From assembly GCA_038523235.1 (NCBI GenBank), contig JBCBJQ010000027.1, forward strand, positions 1 to 58,288: a stretch of 58,288 nt of DNA. The letters run 5' to 3'. Positions 1 to 9,790 of the stretch are shown piece after piece. Position 1 is the stretch's first letter. The number at the start of each line of letters is the position of its first letter. The stretch comes from Cyanobacteria bacterium J06626_4 (GTDB lineage Bacteria; Cyanobacteriota; Cyanobacteriia; Phormidesmidales; Phormidesmidaceae). The notes under the pieces are model-generated. The model saw nothing but the letters and a program-made list of their open reading frames with translations, did no database searches and was not told where the DNA came from. The translations under genes were made by a program, and so were the position numbers.

Positions 1-642
1 CCCGAAGCATCGGAAGGATGGACAATCAGTTTCATTGAGCGCCAGAGTCGTGACTGGATAGCAGCTAGTGCCGGACTCAAGGATGCTCAGCTGTTTGAGC
101 AAGGTGTTCAACGAGCCTGGCAGTGGGCAGAACCCAGTCATTGGATACGGTGGTTTACGGATGGTGAGCGGCGCTACGGCAAGGAATTATGGAAACTGGC
201 CAGCGTCTACTGGCCCAGCAGCATCACCTCAGATGCCTCTCCCCATCGGAAGGTATGGCGTGGGGGATTAGAAGTCGCGATAAACATCAAGGGTTCTCAG
301 GGAAATCGTCGCGTTGAGTGGCTTAAACAGGAGCATCCCTTTACAGCGATTAGTCCTAAAGCAGAGGTTCATGCCAATCATGTCGAGGCCTTTAATAGTG
401 CCTTGAGGCGACGGGCGACGGCTTGCCGAAGGCGACAGAACCACTATGCCAAGCAGGTAAAAGGCTTACAAAGGGCCTTGAATGTGCAGCGGCTAATCCA
501 CAACTGGGTGAGGCCCCATTGGAGTTTAGGCAAACGAACAACGCCATCTATGGCGATGAGAGTATTTCAGAGGCCCGTGAAGATCTCTGAAATACTCTCA
601 TCCAGAGGCTTTGAATATCTCACCCTTTAACAAGACAGTGCC
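1..642 (+). mobile_element. IS1-like transposase, C-terminal part (frame open from window edge to TAA at 628-630), with probable right end ...CAAGACAGTGCC
   Basis: Frame 1 reads PEASEGWTISFIERQSR...WFTDGERRY...HANHVEAFNSALRRR...HNWVRPHWSL...TPSMAM, resembling cyanobacterial IS1-type DDE transposases. The ORF track shows only the last 75 aa. Confidence 0.75.
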
Positions 643-768
643 GATTTCTGCCTCGGTAAAAGGCTGAGGAGCCGTTCGGAATTAAACTACCGGAATGTTC
701 ATGACCTATGCGACTAAGCTTACGGTCTTGCCCTGTCCAAAATCGGTAACTTATTTACGGACGACTCC
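643..768 (+). mobile_element. Short remnant and terminal sequence of a second IS (possibly ISAzo13-like) that truncates the integrase
   Basis: Integrase similarity stops right after KVPPKQMPK, at the sequence GAGTCGTCCGTAAATAAG (minus strand), which looks like an IS terminus. Family assignment is from memory and weak. Confidence 0.35.
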
Positions 769-1388
769 TTAGGCATCTGCTTAGGCGGAACCTTGATTCT
801 TGTAGGCATGTCAATCCAAGGATTGGCCTCAACTAAAGCCTGTTCAATAGCCCACTGCCAGCAAGCATTTAAAAGCCCCAGGCGTTCTCGAATAACCACT
901 TTAGATAAGTTCTGGGAGTCATACCAGCTAGTGAATTTTTCAGCCTCGGCCATGCTCACTTCAGCAACCGAGCAGCCCTTAAAGAATTCCTCCAAATAGT
1001 TCAGCATTCCACGATACTTATCCAGGGTGGCTGAAGCAACTGTTTTTGCTTTGTACTGGATGAATTTATTGAATAAGCCGGTGACACTTAACTGACTGCG
1101 ATTAGGAAGCTGCAATTTATAAGCTCGAAGCGTTGGATCGAAATGCCCTGACATCATGTCAAGTTAGATTTGAGACGCTTTGGCCTCGGCCACTCTCCGA
1201 TTCGTGATGATGTCAGGGAGTCCGATAAACAGAAAATAGCGTTTCCCCTTGTAGCGCCAGCCCAGACGCAATCGATCGCGATCTGTGGTCACTGAGACAG
1301 TACCCTTCTTAGCCCTAGCAGCATTGGCTATAGCAGTAGCCCTATGGAGAGATTGGATCGAATGGATCGAGGAAATCTTTCGATCCAT
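769..1388 (-). pseudogene. Tyrosine integrase pseudogene (Arm DNA-binding and SAM-like domains; catalytic domain missing)
   Basis: RLRLGWRYKGKRYFLFIGLPD...AEAKASQI*LDMMSGHFDPTL: an in-frame TAA at 1164-1166 joins ORFs 1164..1589 and 720..1157. The sequence ends at ANPW...KVPPKQMPK and lies just downstream of a tRNA 3' end. Confidence 0.85.
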
Positions 1389-1504
1389 TCGATCCAAAAT
1401 GGTCGAAAGTGGCGTAACCGCTCCTGACGTCAGGTACTCAACAAAGCTCTGAACCACTTTGTTGATGAGCAATACAACCCTTGATATATATGACTTTAAG
1501 AGAA

Positions 1505-1577
1505 TGGAGAATAGGAGATTCGAACTCCTGACCTCTGCGGTGCGATCGCAGCGCTCTACCAGCTGAGCTAATTCCCC
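1505..1577 (-). tRNA. tRNA-Ala (anticodon CGC)
   Basis: GGGGAATTAGCTCAGCTGGTAGAGCGCTGCGATCGCACCGCAGAGGTCAGGAGTTCGAATCTCCTATTCTCCA, 73 nt. Cloverleaf with anticodon stem CTGCG/CGCAG, loop ATCGCAC and T-loop GTTCGAATC; CCA not encoded. Confidence 0.97.
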
Positions 1578-1609
1578 AAGTTGTCTCAACCAGACTAGCG
1601 CAGCGGCGC

Positions 1610-1680
1610 ACCGCTCCGGTGCGAATGGCTAGCAGCCAGGCTCCGCCTACGCAGCGCTCTACCAGCTGAGCTAATTCCCC
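1610..1680 (-). pseudogene. Partial tRNA-Ala copy, interrupted in the anticodon arm
   Basis: 1650-1680 is an exact 31-bp copy of 1547-1577 (tRNA 5' half). After about 24 extra nt, TCGCACCG resumes. Confidence 0.75.
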
Positions 1681-1741
1681 TAATTGAGTTGCTATCGTAG
1701 CAGAAACCTAAGATCGCTCAAAGATAGGGTGAATCAGCCGC

Positions 1742-2449
1742 ATGCCGAATAGCCAACGCTCTCTAGTTGACTGTACTGTGCAAGACCTGCTACCCCAGGT
1801 GCATTTAGAAAGTTTAGACCCGCACCATCCGGTCGTCGTGCATCAGGTGCCGCCGCCTTGGCGGTGTCTGGGCACTGGTAACTACGCTGCCGTGTTTGAG
1901 CATCCTGACTACCCCGATCAGGTGGTCAAAGTTTATGCCCCAGGGCGACCAGGCATTGAAGATGAGCGAGAGGTGTATCGACGACTGGGAGAGCATCCGG
2001 CATTTTCTCGCTGTGACGCCAGTGGCGATACCTTTTTAGTGCTCAAGCGACTCCACGGGGTGACGTTGTATGACTGTCTGCAAAGGGGCGTGGCGATTCC
2101 ACCTCAGGTTATTCGCGACATTGATGCCGCTTTGGATTACGCCCGCCGTCGGGGCTTGTTTCCCCATGATGTGCATGGTCGCAATGTGATGATGGCCGAC
2201 GGCCACGGATTGGTCGTGGACATCTCAGATTTTCTCAAAGCCACCCCCTGCCGGGCTTGGACTGATGTCAAGCGGGCCTATCAATGGGTCTATCGTCCGC
2301 TCATTTTGCCGTTGCGTCTGCGGGTGCCCTATTTTTTGCTGGATGGTGTGCGAGCTGCGTACCGGCTGTTTCGTCGCTGCTGGCCTCGCGACAACATCGC
2401 TGTGCCAGTGCTGGCAAGCAGACCCCAGCATTCTGATCATGAGTCTTGA
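1742..2449 (+). CDS. Small Ser/Thr protein kinase (YrzF/RIO-like)
   Basis: GTGNYAAVF glycine loop, VVKVY lysine, HDVHGRNVMM catalytic loop, VVDISDF. Confidence 0.75.
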   Translation: MPNSQRSLVDCTVQDLLPQVHLESLDPHHPVVVHQVPPPWRCLGTGNYAAVFEHPDYPDQVVKVYAPGRPGIEDEREVYRRLGEHPAFSRCDASGDTFLVLKRLHGVTLYDCLQRGVAIPPQVIRDIDAALDYARRRGLFPHDVHGRNVMMADGHGLVVDISDFLKATPCRAWTDVKRAYQWVYRPLILPLRLRVPYFLLDGVRAAYRLFRRCWPRDNIAVPVLASRPQHSDHES

Positions 2450-2780
2450 CGAGGCGAGATAAGTCTGTGCCCGCTAATGACCGGTTCCAAAACTTGAGGC
2501 GAGTGACGCCACTCTCAAGCTTCTGACGGAGTCAGTACCGACAGAGACCGGATGATTTTGAGACAGAGCACCTTACCGAATATCGCGCTGACCACTTGGC
2601 TGAGGACACCTAGGGGCAGTCTGATCCTCCATATAGCAGAGGGTAGAAAGGTGCCGGATTCAAGGTGCAGGGAATGGTCTTGCCGCCAGCAATCTGACGA
2701 TTAAAAGTGGCCAAACCTGACTGCGGCTCGCTATATCTTCGCTCGTACTGGAACCTCGATATTTCTCTATGACATTTGCC

Positions 2781-2917
2781 ATAGGAATGAAATATGGCTC
2801 AAGCTATTTGAAAAACTTATAATTTTATTTCGAGATTGACATTTTACAAATGATGATCGGCTGAGCAATCATAGATTCAAGCTTATCGAATGTCCAATTA
2901 GGATAGATAGCAACTAT
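2781..2917 (+). promoter_or_regulatory. AT-rich flv4 upstream region with candidate LysR-type (NdhR/CcmR) boxes
   Basis: ATAG-N7-ATAT at 2781-2795, ATAG-N8-TTAT at 2871-2886 and ATAG-N7-CTAT at 2903-2917. The flv4-2 operon is known to respond to low carbon and NdhR in Synechocystis. Confidence 0.35.
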
Positions 2918-4649
2918 GGTTACCCTAGCTGATTCGCTTCAAGCCGATCGCGCCTCTGGCCGATTGACGCTACAAACCGCCACGATCGCCCGAGATTCTA
3001 CTGCTATTCGCTGTCTCGATTGGGATCGAGACCGTTTCGACATTGAATTCGAGCTGCAAAATGGCACGACTTACAATTCGTTTTTGATTCGGGGTGATAA
3101 GACCGCCCTGGTTGATACTTCTCATGGCAAATTTGAATCGCTCTATTTCGACTGCCTGAAGGGGCTGATCAATCCAGCCGCGATCGACTACCTGATTGTT
3201 AACCACACTGAACCCGATCACAGTGGACTGATGCAAGAGCTGCTCAAGCGAGCCCCCCACATCACCGTAGTGGGCTCAAAAGTGGCGATTCAGTTTCTAG
3301 AAAATCAGGTGCATCGAGCGTTTCAGGCTCACGTCGTCAAAAGTGGCGATCAGCTCGATCTGGGTCAAGGTCATCAGCTAGAGTTTGTCTCTGCGCCGAA
3401 CCTGCACTGGCCCGACACCATCTTCACCTATGACCACGGAACGCAGGTGCTGTATACCTGTGATGTCTTTGGCATGCACTATTGTGACGACGCCCTCTAC
3501 GATGAGGCACCCAAGCTGTTGGAGCCTGATTTTCAGTATTACTATGACTGCTTGATGAAGCCGAATGCCCGTTCGGTGTTGGGCGCGCTGAAGCGGATGG
3601 CACCACTATCGGTCAATCTGGTGGCGACGGGGCATGGGCCGCTGCTGCAGCGCCATCGAGATGATTGGATCGATCGCTACCGCCGCTGGAGTGAAGCCCA
3701 GTCAAAAGCCGCCCCGTTTGTGGCGCTGTTTTATGCGGATGGCTATGGCTATAGCGATCGCCTGGCGCGTGCCATTGCCCACGGCATTGATAAAACGGGC
3801 ATTGAGGTAGAACTGATCGATATCCGGGAAGCCGATGCCCATGAGGTGCGGGAACTGGTTAGCACCGCTGCGGGGCTGGTCATTGGCATGCCGCCCCAAT
3901 CCACGTCAAATTCCCAGCTGCATGCTACCCTCAGCACCATTTTGGCCACGGCGAATAAAAAGCAAGTGATGGGCCTGTTTGAAACTGGGGGCGGTCATGA
4001 CGAGCCAATTTATCCTCTGCGCAATCGACTGCAAGAGTTGGGCCTGACTGAAGCCTTTACGCCCCTGGTCATGAAGGCTGCGCCTTCCGACTTGACAGAC
4101 CAACTGTGTGAAGAATCGGGCACCGACCTGGGGCAGTGGCTCAATCGCGATCGCACCCAGCCCCATAAATCGTTGGATGCCAATTTGGATCGGGCCTTGG
4201 GACGGCTCAGCAGCGGCCTGTATCTTTTGACCGTGCGCCAAGGTGAGGTCAGCGGTGCCATGTTGGCCTCTTGGGTGATGCAGGCGAGCTTTCAACCCTT
4301 GGGCGTGGCGATCGCGATCGCCAAAGACCGCGCCATTGAGTCGCTCTTGCAAGTGGGCGACACCTTCGTGCTCAACACGCTCGCAGAGGGCAACTACGCC
4401 CATCTGATGAAGCATTTTTTGAAGCGATTTCCCCCAGGGGCCGATCGCTTTACCGGCATCGCCACCTATAGCGCTACCAACGGCTCGCCGATTCTAGCGG
4501 AAGCGCTGGCCTACTTAGAATGCACCGTCACCTATCGGTTAGAGGCCAACGATCACTGGGTGGTGTACTGCACGGCCAAAGCCGGACGGGTCGCCAATGT
4601 GGATGGCTTAACGGCCATTCATCATCGCAAAGTCGGCAGCCACTATTAA
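2916..4649 (+). CDS. flv4: Flavodiiron protein (class C: metallo-beta-lactamase, flavodoxin and flavin reductase domains), Flv4 type
   Basis: NGTTYNSFLIRG, canonical HTEPDHSG diiron motif, LHWPD, C-terminal HHRKVGSHY. First gene of an Flv-PsiE-like-Flv triplet. Confidence 0.85.
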   Translation: MVTLADSLQADRASGRLTLQTATIARDSTAIRCLDWDRDRFDIEFELQNGTTYNSFLIRGDKTALVDTSHGKFESLYFDCLKGLINPAAIDYLIVNHTEPDHSGLMQELLKRAPHITVVGSKVAIQFLENQVHRAFQAHVVKSGDQLDLGQGHQLEFVSAPNLHWPDTIFTYDHGTQVLYTCDVFGMHYCDDALYDEAPKLLEPDFQYYYDCLMKPNARSVLGALKRMAPLSVNLVATGHGPLLQRHRDDWIDRYRRWSEAQSKAAPFVALFYADGYGYSDRLARAIAHGIDKTGIEVELIDIREADAHEVRELVSTAAGLVIGMPPQSTSNSQLHATLSTILATANKKQVMGLFETGGGHDEPIYPLRNRLQELGLTEAFTPLVMKAAPSDLTDQLCEESGTDLGQWLNRDRTQPHKSLDANLDRALGRLSSGLYLLTVRQGEVSGAMLASWVMQASFQPLGVAIAIAKDRAIESLLQVGDTFVLNTLAEGNYAHLMKHFLKRFPPGADRFTGIATYSATNGSPILAEALAYLECTVTYRLEANDHWVVYCTAKAGRVANVDGLTAIHHRKVGSHY

Positions 4650-4845
4650 TACCCGTTCTCCTAAAAAGAAACCTTTACTGACAACGGGTATGACTACTCG
4701 TGCAATTCTGAAGCGGCATTCCCCCGGCACATCTAACCAATATTTGCTGGGCAAGACGCGACAAAGCCCTTCAGGAATCGCCCTCTGGTCAACAGACCTT
4801 AGTCGGTTCATGGCTGCGCTAACCCAGTTCTACTTTTTTGCATTC

Positions 4846-4909
4846 CCACCCGCTACCTGCCACCACCCCTACCCGCTACCTGACACCCGTAACCGACTAC
4901 CCGCTACCC
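4846..4909 (+). repeat. Degenerate short tandem heptamer repeats (CCGCTAC-like, STRR type)
   Basis: ccacccgctacctgccaccacccctacccgctacctgacacccgtaaccgactacccgctaccc. Confidence 0.5.
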
Positions 4910-4951
4910 GTTTACCAAATCTGCCCCGTTGCTCTTTACCCGGAATCCCCT

Positions 4952-5473
4952 ATGTCTTCCTCTTCGCCGACTTCTTCCCGCTGGGCCACCTGGCTAAATG
5001 GCCAGCACATCATTCGATTGCTGGAACTGGTTCAAGACTTGATTGTGGTTTCCCTGTGCGTAGGCTTGTTCTGTTTCATGGTGATGCAGCTGCGCGAAAT
5101 GTTTTTGTCGCTGCTGCCGCCACTGAACTTTCCCCACGTCACCGCTGACATTCTGTTCTTGCTGATCATGGTGGAGCTGTTTCGCCTGCTGATCATTTAC
5201 CTGAAGGAACACCGGGTCTCGATCGGGGTGGCCGTCGAGGTCTCGATCGTTTCGGTGCTGCGAGAAGTTATTGTGCGCGGCGTCCTCGAAGTGCCCTGGG
5301 TGCAAGTGCTGGCCGCCTGCTCTTTTTTGATTGTGTTGGGGGCTTTGCTGGTTGTCCGCAGTTGGATTCCGCCCACCTTTGATGGCGTTGACCCCGAGCA
5401 AGTGGTTTCGCGTCGCCATCGCAGTCGGTTTGCTAGAGACTTAGCCGACGTCACGATCACTCCAGACCATTAA
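4952..5473 (+). CDS. PsiE-family membrane protein (Sll0218 homologue)
   Basis: Four hydrophobic helices, DILFLLIMVELFRLLIIYL and VEVSIVSVLREVI; located between two flv genes. Start moved to ATG 4952. Confidence 0.85.
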   Translation: MSSSSPTSSRWATWLNGQHIIRLLELVQDLIVVSLCVGLFCFMVMQLREMFLSLLPPLNFPHVTADILFLLIMVELFRLLIIYLKEHRVSIGVAVEVSIVSVLREVIVRGVLEVPWVQVLAACSFLIVLGALLVVRSWIPPTFDGVDPEQVVSRRHRSRFARDLADVTITPDH

Positions 5474-5598
5474 AGAATTTGCCGAAGTTTGCCTGTCAAC
5501 GCATCTCTCTTCGCGCCCCGAATTTGAGGAATTAACCCCCTCGCCGCTGTGGCTCTCTAGCCGCCACTCTTTCACCCTCTACGCCCTCACACTCTCCC

Positions 5599-7353
5599 AT
5601 GACTCACTTCACCATGACTCAACCCGTTGCAATACCCACGACATCCCGGCCGCGTGATGTGCAGATCGCCGCAATCGGCTCCGGTACTCAGGTGCTGCGA
5701 TCTCGCACCTGGGAGCGCCTCAAGTTTGAGGTGGAATATGGTCGCCGTCGAGGCACCACCGCTAACGCCTACCTGATTCGGAGTGACAAAACGGCGATCA
5801 TCGACCCGCCAGGCGAATCGTTCACCACGATTTACCTGGAATCGCTGCAGCAGCAGGTGTCCCTAAACGAGATTGATTACATCATCACGGGACACGTTAA
5901 TTCCAACCGTATGACGACCCTGGAGCAGCTGCGAAAATTGGCTCCCCAAGCCCAGGTCGTTTGCTCGCGACCGGCGGCCAATGCCCTGCAAACGGCTTCG
6001 CCCCTGTGGGCAGGCGCGGTGGAGAGCGTCCGCGCTGGTGACAGCCTAGATTTAGGACAGGGCCACTGCCTGGAATTTATTACCGTACCCACTCCACGCT
6101 GGCCTGATGGCCTGTGTACCTATGATGCGGGGACTCAAATTCTTTACAGCGACAAGCTATTTGGGGCACACATTTGCAGTGAAACCCTGTGGGATGAGAA
6201 CTGGCGGCAGTTAGAAGGCGATCGCCGCTACTATTTTGACTGTCTACAGGCGCTGCAGTCTCGTCAAGTCGAAACCGCGCTGGATCGGTTTGAACCTCTG
6301 GCGCTGCAGTGTCTTGCGCCCGGCCACGGGCCGCTGGTGCGCTACAGCCTCAGTCGGTTGCGCCAAGACTATCGCCAATGGTGTCAGCAGCAAGCCCAGC
6401 GGAGTCTGCGGGTGGCGTTGCTCTATACCTCAGCCTATGGCAGTACGGCTAAGGTTGCCGATGCGATCGCCCGCGGACTGATGACTGCTGATGTTGCTGT
6501 CGAGTCAATCAATTGTGAATCGACCTCGTCGGACACGATTGCCCAGCAGGTCAAAGCCTGTGATGGGTTTATTATCGGCTCGCCGACGCTGGGGGGCCAT
6601 GCGCCGATGCAAATTCAAACGGCGCTGGGCAGCATTTTGGCCAACGTGCCGAAGACGAAACTGGCTGGTGTATTTGGCTCCTATGGCTGGAGTGGCGAGG
6701 CGATTGCGCTGCTAGAGCAAAAGTTGAGCGATGCCGGTTATCGCTTTGGCTTCGACCCGATTCGCGTGCGATTTAGCCCCGACAACGTCACCCTCACGAC
6801 CTGCGAAGCCGCTGGCAGTCAGTTTGCTCAACAGCTGCGCAAGCGCTCAAAGCAGCCTATTTCGCAGCCAGCCATCTCGATCGCCCAGGCCGATCGCACA
6901 GCCCAGGCAATGGGGCGCATCGTGGGCTCGCTTTGTGTGGCTACCATGCAACGAGATAACTTCCACCATGGCATTCTCACTGCTTGGGTGTCGCAAGCCA
7001 CCTTTGACCCGCCCGGTGTAATGCTGGCCTGGCCTGCCGATGAGCCGGTATTTGGCAACTTGGCCCCCGACACCAACTTTGTACTGAACATTCTCAAAGA
7101 AGGCCGCACGATTCGGCGTCATTTTTCCTACCAGCTGTCTACACGGACGGCCTTTTCGCTGCTCTCGACCCGGCTGGCAGAAAATGGGAGTCCCATCATT
7201 ACGAAGGCGCTGGCCTATCTGGAATGTCAGGTTAAAGACTGCATTCCTGCTGGCGATCATCAGCTCATCTATGCCGAAGTGTCTGCCGGTAGTTTGCTGG
7301 AGTCTGACGGTGTCACGGCTCTGCAACATCGTAAGTCTGGCAATCAGTATTGA
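5599..7353 (+). CDS. flv2: Flavodiiron protein, Flv2 type (non-canonical diiron ligands)
   Basis: RGTTANAYLI, GHVNSNR in place of HTEPDH, PRWPDG, GSPTLGGH, FGSYGWSGEA, C-terminal HRKSGNQY. Confidence 0.85.
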   Translation: MTHFTMTQPVAIPTTSRPRDVQIAAIGSGTQVLRSRTWERLKFEVEYGRRRGTTANAYLIRSDKTAIIDPPGESFTTIYLESLQQQVSLNEIDYIITGHVNSNRMTTLEQLRKLAPQAQVVCSRPAANALQTASPLWAGAVESVRAGDSLDLGQGHCLEFITVPTPRWPDGLCTYDAGTQILYSDKLFGAHICSETLWDENWRQLEGDRRYYFDCLQALQSRQVETALDRFEPLALQCLAPGHGPLVRYSLSRLRQDYRQWCQQQAQRSLRVALLYTSAYGSTAKVADAIARGLMTADVAVESINCESTSSDTIAQQVKACDGFIIGSPTLGGHAPMQIQTALGSILANVPKTKLAGVFGSYGWSGEAIALLEQKLSDAGYRFGFDPIRVRFSPDNVTLTTCEAAGSQFAQQLRKRSKQPISQPAISIAQADRTAQAMGRIVGSLCVATMQRDNFHHGILTAWVSQATFDPPGVMLAWPADEPVFGNLAPDTNFVLNILKEGRTIRRHFSYQLSTRTAFSLLSTRLAENGSPIITKALAYLECQVKDCIPAGDHQLIYAEVSAGSLLESDGVTALQHRKSGNQY

Positions 7354-7362
7354 GGCTACTGA

Positions 7363-7536
7363 GTTATCCCAATTCTCTGAAACCGGACTACAGATGCTTG
7401 CGCCGGGGCGCTCCCCCCACCCCCGCTTAAAATGGTGGGCAGTCACATCCAGGTAATAGATAGCCCCTTTGACAAGGGGGCGGCGACAGCGGGGGAGCCT
7501 CGATCTGTAGTGCTGTTATGCAGAATCGGTATTAGC
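7363..7536. repeat. MITE-like element with imperfect terminal inverted repeats and internal palindromes
   Basis: Left end GTTATCCCAATTCTCTGAAACCGGACTACAGAT and right end ATCTGTAGTGCTGTTATGCAGAATCGGTATTAGC. The left end matches the reverse complement of 12233-12265 at 31/33 positions. Confidence 0.7.
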
Positions 7537-7591
7537 CGTTCAGCCTCACCCTCAATTCCTCAGTTCCCTAATTCTTGATTCGTAAAACCTC

Positions 7592-7834
7592 ATGAAATTT
7601 ACCCAGCCCTCACTCCAGAACGAGTCCAGCCCAAGTCCAGAATCTGCTATTCACGTCCATAACTATCACCAGCGGTTAATGCTCACCCTGAAAACACCCC
7701 ATGGGCGGTCAATCTTGATGGGAGCGATCATGGGTTTAGGCATGATTGGGATGGGCTTGGCTCTGAGACTGCCTGACGCCGAGGTACTCTCAACCACTGA
7801 TAATCCTGTCACCATTCCTCTGAAGGTCGATTAA
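7592..7834 (+). CDS. Hypothetical small protein with one TM helix
   Basis: ATG start, hydrophobic stretch ILMGAIMGLGMIGMGLAL, fills an intergenic gap. Confidence 0.5.
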   Translation: MKFTQPSLQNESSPSPESAIHVHNYHQRLMLTLKTPHGRSILMGAIMGLGMIGMGLALRLPDAEVLSTTDNPVTIPLKVD

Positions 7835-7865
7835 GGCGATGGCTGAGCAAAAATAGACCGTTACG

Positions 7866-7932
7866 GTAAGGGCAGGTTTAGCTAGAAACCTTGATTTCAT
7901 TGCCGCTAGGTATCTACAAAACCCGCCCCTAC
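7866..7932. repeat. REP-like inverted-repeat element (GTAAGGGCAGGTTT...AAACCCGCCCCTAC)
   Basis: Inverted arms about 40 bp apart; similar copy at 29030-29097. Confidence 0.6.
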
Positions 7933-7957
7933 GGGGATGGTTTTTGCTAAAAATCGC

Positions 7958-8428
7958 CTAAGGACTCAGCACTTTGCGGAAGACGACTTTGTCAACGCCC
8001 GCCTCGTAAAACTCTCGGATTCGGGCTTCCTCCTGATAGCCGTTCTGACGATAGAATTTTCTCACGTAGTCAAAGTCTGCCGTTCCTGACGTTTCAATGA
8101 GCAGCAGCCGTACACTGCGCTGGGTCAGCATTTGCTCCACCTGGTTGAGTAGGGCTTGGCCGCGTCCCTGCCGTTGATAATCGGGATGCACGGCAATCCA
8201 ATAGAGATTCCACGTGCCTGTGGTCATCGGCTCTGGGGCGACATAGGCCACACCGACTGGCCCGTTGTCATCATCGGTGAGCCAGACCGTTGAGCTATCG
8301 GCAGCGCTGCTGAAATGGTGCTCCAGCATTTGCGTGAGTTCTTCGACTTGATGAGGCTCAAATAGCCCACTGGCGATCGCGATCGCCTGCAAGGCTGGGA
8401 TGTCTCTGGGGTGGGTGGGTCGAATCAT
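7958..8428 (-). CDS. GNAT family N-acetyltransferase
   Basis: WIAVHPDYQRQGRGQALL acetyl-CoA motif, FYRQNGY; start MIRPT at 8428. Confidence 0.9.
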   Translation of the reverse strand: MIRPTHPRDIPALQAIAIASGLFEPHQVEELTQMLEHHFSSAADSSTVWLTDDDNGPVGVAYVAPEPMTTGTWNLYWIAVHPDYQRQGRGQALLNQVEQMLTQRSVRLLLIETSGTADFDYVRKFYRQNGYQEEARIREFYEAGVDKVVFRKVLSP

Positions 8429-8550
8429 CGGGCGAGGGGCCTGGGACGGGTGGAACGGGGTCGGTAGGGTATCCGGAATACTCCTGGTCGACTGTGAAGA
8501 GGGGGCAAGAGGTGAAATCAAGATTTCCCAGACTCATCATAGGTTGTCCG

Positions 8551-9129
8551 ATGCGCGCACATTTTTTCCTGATACCGCTAGCCCTGCTGTTGCTGCCATG
8601 GCCGAGTTTCGCGCAGTCGGAGCGCCACCCCACGGGCATAGAAATTGAGGATCAGCTCCAAGCCCTGCGGCAGAACATCCTGCAGCTGATGCGAACGGGA
8701 ATTTACGACGATCGCCGCCCCCATGCCCTGCGGCTGCAACGTGACACCTTTGCCGAAGCTTGGTCTGAAGTGGATGCGGCAACCGCGCCCTTTTTAGGCG
8801 ATTGGACCGCGATCGAAGAAAACGTGGCAGTTTATCCCACCGCTAACCCCGGTGAAGTGTGCGTCATCGATAGCTATTTAGACATCTCCGACTTTTACTT
8901 GGGCCAGGTGGTCGAGGGGCATCTGGTCACGGATATGAATCTGACGTTTGTGCTCGACAGTGGCTTTTTGGTTAGCACGTTTGTCTACGATGACGAGGCC
9001 GCGCGCTATGAATACGCCAATCCGCGACCGTTAGAAGATCCGACAACGTCTTCCTATTTCACCGAATACCATCCAGAGATTGTTGAACAGTTTCAACAGG
9101 CCGAGTGTTTGACAGAAACCCCCGAGTAG
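8551..9129 (+). CDS. Hypothetical secreted protein
   Basis: Signal peptide MRAHFFLIPLALLLLPWPSFA/Q followed by an acidic mature domain. Confidence 0.7.
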   Translation: MRAHFFLIPLALLLLPWPSFAQSERHPTGIEIEDQLQALRQNILQLMRTGIYDDRRPHALRLQRDTFAEAWSEVDAATAPFLGDWTAIEENVAVYPTANPGEVCVIDSYLDISDFYLGQVVEGHLVTDMNLTFVLDSGFLVSTFVYDDEAARYEYANPRPLEDPTTSSYFTEYHPEIVEQFQQAECLTETPE

Positions 9130-9790
9130 AAGCACCATCGCGTTGCTCTAGATACCGCTAGCTCTACCGAAACCCTTGCCAGGAGTAGACCCTCACCGCC
9201 TGCAACACTGCTTCTGGGGGACCTCAAGCACGCCATCCGACTGGGCTAACTCCCTTTTCGAGGCCGCCCCCGTGGGTAATCCCGAGTTTCTTCACAACAG
9301 AATACCTTCCAGGAAGGGCGAGGCTCTACAGCATGTGGCAGTCGAAATGGTCAGGCTGATCAGATCGTTATTTCAGCCATCTGGAGTGGCTGGGTCAAAG
9401 GGCAGTGGGTGATATTGGCTCAGCCCGGCCTGAGCAACGCTGCCATCGACTAGAGGGTAGGTTCTCTTGCCTTTGGCAGGGTGCCGCCGCCGAGCACATC
9501 CTACGGCCAGGTGGAGATCTGGCAATTTCAGCGAACGGTTTTTCGGGATTTGCGCTCGGTTGAGCGGTAGAGATTAGGGTCACCACCCAGATGCTTGGAA
9601 TCCCTAGAGGCGGTCACCTCACAGCCCGAAAGCTGCCATGCTCAAGCGGCCTCAATCGATTTACCTGAGCTGAGACCGGGCAGACAGCAGATAGAGTACC
9701 AGGATTGAATTAAAGTGCTGTTAGGGGGCTGATTTGACTGGGCGATGATGGTGGCTCCAAATCAAGTTTGAAGGATTAGGTGAACTCTAC

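Noticed and set aside
1389..1589. N-terminal extension of ORF 1164..1589
   Set aside because: It reads through the tRNA gene. The integrase plausibly starts near 1388-1397.
9130..9790. Short ORFs and weak inverted repeats in a 660-bp spacer
   Set aside because: The ORFs show no protein motifs and the repeats are too degenerate to define an element.
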